Of a stretch of 64,000 nt of DNA, positions 51,840 through 59,950 are shown piece after piece (position 1 is the stretch's first letter; each line of letters opens with the position of its first letter). The stretch comes from Obrimoposthia wandeli. Taxonomy: Eukaryota. The notes under the pieces are model-generated. The model was not told where the DNA came from. It was given only the letters and a program-made list of their open reading frames with translations, and ran no database searches. Both the position numbers and the translations under genes were made by a program. Where the stretch lies: positions 1-64,000 of the forward strand of contig CDROCS010000107.1 in the NCBI GenBank assembly GCA_977020255.1, given 5' to 3'.

Positions 51840-51860
51840 CTAAACAATAATCATTATCAC
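51840..51860. promoter_or_regulatory. Candidate Fur box upstream of flavodoxin
   Basis: CTAAACAATAATCATTATC matches 14/19 of GATAATGATAATCATTATC by my count; ~30 nt upstream of the start. Confidence 0.55.
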
Positions 51861-51919
51861 AATGGCGGTCAAGAATAATATGATGCGAGGTTATTACAAA
51901 TTGGTATAAGGGAGGAGTT

Positions 51920-51948
51920 CGGCTTAACCTGTGAACTTGGTTAAGCCG
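51920..51948 (-). terminator. Hairpin after the HPF gene
   Basis: Perfect 10-bp stem CGGCTTAACC / GGTTAAGCCG. Confidence 0.55.
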
Positions 51949-51962
51949 TGACTTAGATAAGG

Positions 51963-52346
51963 CTAACTAGATACACTCTCTTCTAGGTATGACTCATCTT
52001 CGGGCTCATCTTCAATGCCCTCGGTGGTGGATATAGGTTCGATATGTCTGGGGCCACCTTTTTTAGCGGTCATCTTCTCTTTGGCTTTAATCAACTGACG
52101 ATCAATTTTATCGGTCAGTCCATCGAGTGCAATATAGAGATTGTCGCCTTGAGCTTTGGCATAAATATCTTTGCCATTGACGTGTAGGGTCGCCTCAACT
52201 TCATCACCTCTCTCAATGGAGTCTATCGTGACTTGGGCACTGGTAATAATGTCATAGCGCTCTTGGCTGTTGTTTAGCCACTCTTCAATTTTTTCTTTAA
52301 CGGATGGTGATACTTTATTGTGACGATGGGTAATATTTATAATCAT
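51963..52346 (-). CDS. Ribosome hibernation factor (HPF/RaiA family) with acidic tail
   Basis: INITHRH..VSPSVK, EATLHV.GKDIYAKA, NLY.A.D....K.DRQL.K.KEK. Confidence 0.9.
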   Translation of the reverse strand: MIINITHRHNKVSPSVKEKIEEWLNNSQERYDIITSAQVTIDSIERGDEVEATLHVNGKDIYAKAQGDNLYIALDGLTDKIDRQLIKAKEKMTAKKGGPRHIEPISTTEGIEDEPEDESYLEESVSS

Positions 52347-52602
52347 TCGCGTTTCCTTACTAAGCTGTGTTTTCTTGGCACTGGTTGTGCCGTCTTCTTC
52401 AGATTGCCGCTATCGGCGGTAAGGTAATTCTGCCTCTTATAAGTCATTGGATAAAGCTGGATAACCAGCCAAGTCACTATAACGCTATTTGTTAACAAAA
52501 AGGAAGATGATCGAGGACTTTTTTTTAAACTAAGAATAACGTATTGATTTAAAACAATTTAAAGCGAGGTAATAGAGCGTTGTATCGGGAGAGAAAAGAG
52601 TT

Positions 52603-52923
52603 TTACTCTTCAACCCAGATTTCACGTAACGGTTCTCCGAAATCATCAAGGATTACTTTTTTCCTGCGACGCACTCTATGACTACTCGTTTGTGCGGGGT
52701 TTGCACTACTTTTACGATTATCTATCGTGTTGAGCGTGTCGCTTAAAGGTGTTCGCGGCTGTTTAGGTAAACCATAGACGAACTGATTTCTGTCGTACTT
52801 GCCGTCGACGAGGGAGCTATCCCCTTGATCATACTGCTGAACCGTCCCACCCTTATTGAGGAAGGTCTTAATTTCAGTATCCAAGTTAGCGCGAATTTGA
52901 GATTTTGTCGGTCGTTTATTCAT
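52603..52923 (-). CDS. Conserved-looking hypothetical protein
   Basis: 106-aa ORF MNKRPTKSQIRA...FLNKGG.V; C-terminal ILDDFGEPLREIWVEE. Confidence 0.75.
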   Translation of the reverse strand: MNKRPTKSQIRANLDTEIKTFLNKGGTVQQYDQGDSSLVDGKYDRNQFVYGLPKQPRTPLSDTLNTIDNRKSSANPAQTSSHRVRRRKKVILDDFGEPLREIWVEE

Positions 52924-53044
52924 GGAGCTATTATGCCTAACTGGCTGAGAATAAACAAAGTGCTAGTGGATTAAATTGTATTTATCCGCTAGCCCTTGTA
53001 TTTAGTAGGGTATAATTAGCAAAAAGTTATTGAGATAAAGAGCT

Positions 53045-53518
53045 ATGGATTATATTTCCCTAGATAATTACCGTTACGCATGGTTTTTTAAGCATAAAGA
53101 GCTACATGTGGACCAATCTGAACTAGATAAAATCAAGCCGTTGGATCTAAAATCTGCCGCGACTTTGTGGCAGAATCAGATCAGTAAAAATGCGCATAAT
53201 CCGGATCAGTTCAGTAAAGATGATTGGGCTGCCAATCCACAGTTTTGGCGTCACACAGACACATGGCAGTCTTGCTGGGAAAGTACTGATTCCGCACTAC
53301 CTGAAATTATTGAGCAGAATATTCACTGGGAAGGAAACTCAGTGGTATATTTTTGTTATCACGACGCCAATATTATTGAAACAACCTGGGATGTTTTCAT
53401 AAAACATTGGAAAAATTTTTTATTCCTTGATGACGGGCCTTTACTGATTGGTAAACGCCGTTGCGAGGTTGTGCAGTTCAAGCAAGACGGTAGTTTTGCC
53501 CTAGGCACAAAAGCCTAA
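53045..53518 (+). CDS. DUF2947-family protein
   Basis: MDYISLDNYRYAWFFKH...FIKHWKNFLF.DDGP.L. Confidence 0.8.
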   Translation: MDYISLDNYRYAWFFKHKELHVDQSELDKIKPLDLKSAATLWQNQISKNAHNPDQFSKDDWAANPQFWRHTDTWQSCWESTDSALPEIIEQNIHWEGNSVVYFCYHDANIIETTWDVFIKHWKNFLFLDDGPLLIGKRRCEVVQFKQDGSFALGTKA

Positions 53519-53534
53519 TTCACACGGAGAAGTA

Positions 53535-55277
53535 ATGAAGAACACCTTGTTTCCTTTTTTAGCTTGGCTAAAATTACTGACAATGCAGGATGTAAAAGCC
53601 GATTTTATCGCCGGTATCACAGGTGCAATTATTGTATTGCCGCAGGGAGTTGCCTTTGCAACGATCGCAGGCTTGCCGCCAGAATATGGTTTGTACACCG
53701 CGATGGTTACTCCCATTATCGCAGCGCTTTTCGGTTCTTCAAAACACTTAATATCAGGGCCTACAACTGCTATATCAATTGTGGTCTTTTCTGCTGTTAG
53801 CGGTCATGCAGAACCAGGGAGCGCCGAATTTGTATCTATGGCACTCACATTAACGCTATTAGCGGGTATTTATCAGCTAGCTTTTGGCTTGGCACGTTTG
53901 GGTAAGCTGGTTGATTTTGTCTCACATACGGTGGTTATTGGCTTCACGGCGGGGGCTGCTATCCTTATCGCCACTAGCCAAATGAAGAGTATTACTGGTA
54001 TCTACGTCGAAAAAGGATCTTCCTTTCTGCAGAGCTGGACTGAGCTAATGACGCATTTGGTGAATACCAATTGGGCTATTTTTGCGGTGGGAATGCTTAC
54101 TTTGAGCGTGGCAATTTTGGTTAAAAAATACACACCCAAAATTCCTAATTTACTGATAGCGATGGTTGCCGGCAGCCTACTGGCATTTGGTATAGGCGAT
54201 GGTTACGGTATTGAATTAGTCGGTGCGATCCCTACTAGTTTACCTCCATTATCGGCACCGGATTTCTCTTTTGAAACGATTCGCAGTTTGGCACCAGAGG
54301 CTTTTGCTATTGCGCTATTAGGTCTTATAGAAGCGGTTTCTATCAGTCGTGCTATTGCTATTAAGTCACAACAGCGGATTTATCCCAATCAAGAGTTTTT
54401 AGGTCAAGGTCTCTCGAATATAGTGGGAAGTTTCTTCTCTTGTTACGCGGGATCAGGCTCATTTACCCGTTCAGGTGTAAACTTTGCCGCGGGTGCCAAA
54501 TCACCATTGTCGGCAATATTTGCCGCAGTGATGTTGATGTTGATCGTATTGCTTGTCGCTCCTATGACCGCCTATTTACCCGTCGCTGCGATGGGTGGAG
54601 TCATTATGGTGGTGGCGTATAACTTGGTAGATATTCATCATATTAAGAAAATATTAGCGACTAGCCGCTCTGAAACTTCGGTGCTGTTGATCACTTTTAT
54701 CTCCACTCTATTCTTAGAGTTGGAATTCGCTATTTATCTGGGTGTACTGCTGTCGTTGCTTCTCTTTTTAGCGAAGACTTCCACGCCGGAAATTACTGAG
54801 ATGGCCATCAATAAAGAGCAACGCCGCTTTGTTGAATATAAATTACACAAGGGCACGCAGTGTCCGCAGCTTAAAATATTACGCGTCGAAATGTCAGTCT
54901 ATTTTGGCTCAGTTAATCACATTCAGAATAAGATCGAAAATATAGTGTCTCAAGAGGGGATCAATCGGATTTTGATCATCTGTTTAGGCATTAATTTTAT
55001 CGATCTCAGTGGTGCTGAACTACTAGTGACGATGGATGAGAAGCTGAAGAAAAAAGGCGGTGGACTGTATTTCTTCGGCTTAAAGCCTAGTGTCATGGCG
55101 AGAGCTAGCCAGCTAGGACTGATTGAAGGGATCGGTGAAGAGCGTTTTTTCGAGAGTAAGGGTAGCGCCATCAGTGCTATCTTTCCCACGCTGGAGCCTT
55201 CACGTTGCGCGACATGCGAGCAGCATGTGTTTAATGAATGTGCTAAGTACGATAAAAATATTATCGCAACCAGTTAA
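53535..55277 (+). CDS. SulP-family anion transporter with STAS domain
   Basis: LPQGVAFA.IAGLPPEYGLY, NQEF.GQG, SGSFTRS, STAS NFID.SG. Confidence 0.94.
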   Translation: MKNTLFPFLAWLKLLTMQDVKADFIAGITGAIIVLPQGVAFATIAGLPPEYGLYTAMVTPIIAALFGSSKHLISGPTTAISIVVFSAVSGHAEPGSAEFVSMALTLTLLAGIYQLAFGLARLGKLVDFVSHTVVIGFTAGAAILIATSQMKSITGIYVEKGSSFLQSWTELMTHLVNTNWAIFAVGMLTLSVAILVKKYTPKIPNLLIAMVAGSLLAFGIGDGYGIELVGAIPTSLPPLSAPDFSFETIRSLAPEAFAIALLGLIEAVSISRAIAIKSQQRIYPNQEFLGQGLSNIVGSFFSCYAGSGSFTRSGVNFAAGAKSPLSAIFAAVMLMLIVLLVAPMTAYLPVAAMGGVIMVVAYNLVDIHHIKKILATSRSETSVLLITFISTLFLELEFAIYLGVLLSLLLFLAKTSTPEITEMAINKEQRRFVEYKLHKGTQCPQLKILRVEMSVYFGSVNHIQNKIENIVSQEGINRILIICLGINFIDLSGAELLVTMDEKLKKKGGGLYFFGLKPSVMARASQLGLIEGIGEERFFESKGSAISAIFPTLEPSRCATCEQHVFNECAKYDKNIIATS

Positions 55278-55318
55278 GAGTGAATAGCCCTGGGGATTCT
55301 ATCCTTTAGGGCGCTTTA

Positions 55319-55693
55319 TTACAGATCGTCTATCCAGTGGAGTGCTTGTAGAAACTGACTTTCACTAAAGTACTGGCTCACTGTCTTAAGCTCACAGTGC
55401 CATTGTTGCCACTGTTTACCTCCCACTACGGCGATCCCTTTAACATTACAGGGAAGGCGTGTCGTTAATAACGCGCTTTGCCAGCTTGTTTCTTCTTCAA
55501 TCTTTTGTAAATTATGATCGAAGTAAAGTACTAAACGTAACGCTTGATCTGTTTTAAGCTGCTTTTCAATTTGACTAAGTAAAACTTCTTGGAAGTCATT
55601 TTCAGTGAGAGTATCGCTGGCTTGGGCAATGAGAAGATCGCCTGCCGAATCTGGGAGTATATAGAGCATGTAGCCTCGGTTAATATTGAGCAA
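55319..55693 (-). CDS. STAS/SEC14 (SpoIIAA-like) protein
   Basis: TLTENDF, LRLVL, IAVVG..QW, F...Q..QAL.WI pattern. Confidence 0.7.
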   Translation of the reverse strand: MLNINRGYMLYILPDSAGDLLIAQASDTLTENDFQEVLLSQIEKQLKTDQALRLVLYFDHNLQKIEEETSWQSALLTTRLPCNVKGIAVVGGKQWQQWHCELKTVSQYFSESQFLQALHWIDDL

Positions 55694-55842
55694 GAACGCT
55701 AATATTAAAGCGAGTAGGGGATGTTAGCTAGAGGAATTTATCTTGTCACGATACTGTGTCTGGGCGATCGGTAATTATTAACGATAAACACCTCAAAATG
55801 ATGAACATTTCGAGATGTTTATATCATGCTAGAAGCGTAGTT

Positions 55843-56427
55843 TTACTTGCGAACGCCTTCAATGAAAAAGTTAAGCTTGAAGCTGTCTGTACCGATTTTT
55901 TTCATTGCATCGATGCCGTAATCGCTGAATTTTAGTTCAGTGTTAGCTTCGAAACCTGCACGGAAACCGCCCCATGGATCACTGCCTTCACCTAGCTTCT
56001 TCGCATCAAAAGTGATTGATTGTGTTGTGCCGTGAAGAGTGAAGTCACCAGTAACTGCTAAGACTCCTTCACCTTTAGCGGCAACACTTGTGCTGCTGAA
56101 TGTTGCAGTAGGGTATTTAGTAACGTCTAGAAAGTCACCGCTTTTGACGTGCTTATCGCGCTTAGCATGGTTAGAATCGAAGCTAGTGGTATCGATAGTA
56201 ACGTTTACTTTAGATGCCTCTGGCTGTTCTTTGTCGTAGCTGAATGTTCCTTCGAAGCTGTTGAAACGACCTTTTGAATAGCTAATGCCTAAGTGGCTTA
56301 CTGCAACATCAATTTGTGCGTGTGCACCTGCTGATGCGCTATCAATAGTGTAATCTGCAGCAATTGCAGTAGTGCTCAGAGCGGCGAATGCCGTCGCCAG
56401 AATCGTTGTTTTTAGCATGTTTTTCAT
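55843..56427 (-). CDS. yceI: YceI-family periplasmic protein
   Basis: Signal peptide, HLG.S...GRF, RDKH.KS.DF, DPWGG.RAGF. Confidence 0.95.
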   Translation of the reverse strand: MKNMLKTTILATAFAALSTTAIAADYTIDSASAGAHAQIDVAVSHLGISYSKGRFNSFEGTFSYDKEQPEASKVNVTIDTTSFDSNHAKRDKHVKSGDFLDVTKYPTATFSSTSVAAKGEGVLAVTGDFTLHGTTQSITFDAKKLGEGSDPWGGFRAGFEANTELKFSDYGIDAMKKIGTDSFKLNFFIEGVRK

Positions 56428-56993
56428 GATTTCTCCTTAATTCCCAGCATGTTGCTGAGTGTCGTATCGCGATCGATATAATGATGTTTCAGTGCCGCTA
56501 AAGCATGTAGTGCTGCAAAAGCCATTAAAGCTACAGCGGCATAAAAGTGTACTTCTCCCGAGAGAAAAGCCTGGCTGTCAAAAAAGCTAGCAGGACCTGG
56601 TATGACAAATAAGTCAAAAATATTCAGACCTTCGCCGCCGGCAAAAGAAATTAGCAATCCAGAAATTAAGATCACCAGCATCAGCAAATATAGTAAGTGG
56701 TGCACGGCGCTACTCGCCATGTTAACTAAAGGGCTGTTAGTAGCGACCGGTGCAGGTGCTGTGTTACTCCACTTCCAGTAGAGCCTAAATAACAACGCAA
56801 AAATAACAAGTAGACCAATGGCTTCGTGAATTTTTGGGCCCAAAGTATAGAAGGAATCATAATAGCTCAAATCGACCATATATAGGCCAAGGCCGAAAAG
56901 AGCGATGATAACAATGGCCATTGACCAATGAAGAATAATCATGGTCCAACCGAATTGTCGGTCGGTATTTCTTGCGTGCTTTATAAAGTTCAT
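56424..56993 (-). CDS. Cytochrome b561 (YceJ-like)
   Basis: LHW, H...G, H.Y, HALAALKHH heme ligands; overlaps the yceI start. Confidence 0.93.
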   Translation of the reverse strand: MNFIKHARNTDRQFGWTMIILHWSMAIVIIALFGLGLYMVDLSYYDSFYTLGPKIHEAIGLLVIFALLFRLYWKWSNTAPAPVATNSPLVNMASSAVHHLLYLLMLVILISGLLISFAGGEGLNIFDLFVIPGPASFFDSQAFLSGEVHFYAAVALMAFAALHALAALKHHYIDRDTTLSNMLGIKEKS

Positions 56994-57199
56994 ATTTCTA
57001 CATCTAAAAGTAAATTAAGTGCATGCTAGCTATGATTTAAACGCAGCAAAGAAGTTCATTGCTATACGAATAAAACCTACTGTACTGCTTAAATTGTTTT
57101 TTGCCATAAAAAAGGTCTAAGTTAACAAATCTTTACATTCGACAGTTCGCTATGGTCATAACTACTGTAAATAGATATCATCTAAGCGTCTAATGCATA

Positions 57200-58165
57200 A
57201 TGATGATGATTACCATGCGCCAAGTGAATTTGAGGTCCGTAGATTTAAATCTGTTAACTGTTTTACAGGCTTTGCTAGAAGAGCAGCATGTAACTAGGGC
57301 TGCTGAAAAGCTACATATGAGCCAATCCGCAGTGAGTCGCGCGCTACAAAGGTTGCGTCTTCTGTTTGATGATCAACTACTGGTCAAAGGCATTGAAGGC
57401 TATAGTTTATCTAATCGAGCGCTTAAGCTTTCAACCCAGTTACCACGTGTATTACAGTCGGTGACAGGTCTAATTCAAACCCCTGAATTTGATCCCGCCG
57501 AGAGTAAAGGAACGCTGCGCTTTGCTGGTATTGATCTGGATGCTTGGATTGATATGCCAACGTTAATGGCTGACATAATGGTGCAGGCACCTCTCTTAAA
57601 AGTTGAAATATCCAGTGCCCAGTCAGATTATTTTAAACAATTAACTAAAGGGCATGCTGATTATGTTGTTTCAGGCTTTGATTTGGAGTTTGACCAAGAA
57701 GATATTCACTCTTGCCGTCTAGGCAGTACTGAATTAGTAGCAATCATGGGCAAAGAGAACCCGTTGAGTAACCAGCCGTTAACATTCGACCAGTATTTGA
57801 AGGCCAAGCATGGCTATGTGGCCATTACAGGCAAAGGCTCCACTTTCACGGATAGCATGTTACAGACGATGGGTTATAAGCGGGATGTGGTTCTTAAAGT
57901 GTCAGATTTTAAATCGGTAGTAGATTATTGCGAGAAGACCCCCATTTTGTTCATGTTGCCTCTGCAATTGATTAACGCCAATGCCAAAAACCGTAATGTT
58001 GTGATTAAAAAACTCCCCGTTGAAATGTACAAACCAAAAGTTGAATTCCGTCTATTTTGGCATGCAAGAATAGATAACGACCCATTACATCAATGGATTA
58101 AAGGGAAGATTATCGCAGCAAAGCTCGAGGTAGATGAAGGAACTAACATATTAAAAATTGATTGA
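57200..58165 (+). CDS. LysR-family regulator
   Basis: DLNLL..LQALLEEQHVTRAA.KLHMSQSAVSRALQRLR; divergent from cyt b-yceI. Confidence 0.94.
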   Translation: MMMITMRQVNLRSVDLNLLTVLQALLEEQHVTRAAEKLHMSQSAVSRALQRLRLLFDDQLLVKGIEGYSLSNRALKLSTQLPRVLQSVTGLIQTPEFDPAESKGTLRFAGIDLDAWIDMPTLMADIMVQAPLLKVEISSAQSDYFKQLTKGHADYVVSGFDLEFDQEDIHSCRLGSTELVAIMGKENPLSNQPLTFDQYLKAKHGYVAITGKGSTFTDSMLQTMGYKRDVVLKVSDFKSVVDYCEKTPILFMLPLQLINANAKNRNVVIKKLPVEMYKPKVEFRLFWHARIDNDPLHQWIKGKIIAAKLEVDEGTNILKID

Positions 58166-58219
58166 TGTGTATGATTTTTATACGTTTAACCGGATATGTA
58201 AATTCATATTAATAATCTT

Positions 58220-58247
58220 TTGCATTATATTTTTATGTTGTTATACT
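58220..58247 (+). promoter_or_regulatory. Sigma70 promoter of SRP RNA
   Basis: TTGCAT-16 nt-TATACT then GCGCCC. Confidence 0.6.
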
Positions 58248-58290
58248 GCGCCCTCTCAATTGAGATAGGCGGTTATTCCTGCCGAGCTAT

Positions 58291-58400
58291 GGTAGCTCTG
58301 TTGGTCCTCTCGCAACGATAAATCGTGAACCTGGTCAGACCTGGAAGGGAGCAGCCACAGCGATCAATTCGTGTGCCGGGATGTGGCTGATGGAGCTATC
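58291..58400 (+). ncRNA. ffs: Signal recognition particle 4.5S RNA
   Basis: CTCTGTTGGT..TC.CGCAAC, GGTCAG..GGAAGG.AGCAGCC domain IV, GTGTGCCGGGATG; terminal stem GGTAGCTC / GAGCTATC. Confidence 0.95.
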
Positions 58401-59137
58401 TCCAATTTCCTCCGTTTTTCGTTTCAAACCTTTTTTCGCATAATATCACTTTCAATGTTAATTCATCTTTCAGATACAAAACACTGTCGGCTAAGCATCA
58501 GCTTAGGCCAGTATTGTGTAGACAGAAGGCATATGTCAAAAACATGAGAAGTTTCATCCAGCCCAAGTGCGAATTAAACTCTGAAGTGTAACGCTCTTTT
58601 GTGTACAAGCTATGCAGCGAAACGTAATCTAAAGTATATACTTACTGCAAAATTATCCACATCTTCGATACCGTACTAGAAATGCTAGAGCTTGAGAATA
58701 ATAAGCATTCAACTCGATGAATTCTAGCCATATAGAGTTCCTAATTATTGTGCACAGTGATTAAATTCGAACGGGTGTTTTTAATTATATTTGTAAGTTA
58801 ATCTAAGTATTCATTATATTATTATATTAGTTGTATTTATTATTTTGTGTTTATTTTCAGTACACTATTTTGCACGATCAATAGTAATAATTATTTAAGC
58901 GCTATCATTCATAATTATAGGCTAAACCTTATATTTCAGTGTTTAGTTAAATTATTTCTGTGGCTGTATATTTTAAATAAGGTAAAAATGTATTAAATGA
59001 AGAATATATTTTATATGCCTCAGTTTAAATGAGTCAAAAGGCAGACATTAAATAATAAATATCATTTTTTATTCATATTTACTGATTGGTAGACAATTAT
59101 AAATATCGAATAAGGCTTAAATGAGGGAAGGAGTATT

Positions 59138-59899
59138 ATGATATCGTCGAAATTTTTGAAAGTATTTCAATACAAGATACTGATGGTTTTAAGTATCGCA
59201 TTTTCGACGCTTAGTTTAGCGGCAGATGATGTTGTGGAGCTGTATGCGGTTGATTACCCGCCTTATATGATCATCGATGGGCAGGGCGTAATCAGTGGTA
59301 TCGATGTGGAAGTGACTAAATCTGCTTTCGAATCTGTTGGCGTAGCGGTACGAATAGTGACAGCGCCGTGGAAACGAGTATTGAAAAGTTTGGAGTACGG
59401 TTATATAGCGGGTGCTCTGAGTTGCTCACAGAGATCTGATCGAGAAAGCTTTATTAATTATAGCGATCAAGTCAGTGAGGCCAACCAAGTGGCGGTGATG
59501 AAAGTGGATGCCGATGATAGCTTATTACATAGTTTCGCTGATTTGGAAAATTTTAAGGTGATGGCTGTGGAAGGTTGGGGAATTCAAAAGGAGTTGGAGC
59601 GCAAGAATATCAAGCACGTCACGACTCAAGAAATGGATAACGGTATTAAATCAGTAGTTTTTAGGGATGTAGATATATTCTACAGTGGCGAGTTGACAAC
59701 GCTTTATCGGGCACGACAACTAGGTTTACAGGATAAAATTAAAACCAAACGCTTTACCGACAAAGCGAGTGTCTCGTTCCATTTGTGTATGAGTAAAGGG
59801 TTTGATGGGAGTGCAGTGTTGTTAGAGAAGTTTAATGAAGGCCTGCGTAACATCAAGGCCTCTGGCGAATTTGATGTGATCTATAAAAAATATCTTTAA
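59138..59899 (+). CDS. Periplasmic substrate-binding protein (family 3-like)
   Basis: Signal peptide, DYPPY, GIDVE, PWKR, FN.GL..IK.SG...IY.KY. Confidence 0.88.
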   Translation: MISSKFLKVFQYKILMVLSIAFSTLSLAADDVVELYAVDYPPYMIIDGQGVISGIDVEVTKSAFESVGVAVRIVTAPWKRVLKSLEYGYIAGALSCSQRSDRESFINYSDQVSEANQVAVMKVDADDSLLHSFADLENFKVMAVEGWGIQKELERKNIKHVTTQEMDNGIKSVVFRDVDIFYSGELTTLYRARQLGLQDKIKTKRFTDKASVSFHLCMSKGFDGSAVLLEKFNEGLRNIKASGEFDVIYKKYL

Positions 59900-59950
59900 G
59901 CATAATAATGTAACTCGATATTGGATAAAGTTTTGTGAGTAGTGCTTTAT

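Noticed and set aside
58740-59130. AT-rich block as a replication origin
   Set aside because: No cluster of DnaA boxes and no dnaA/gidA context.
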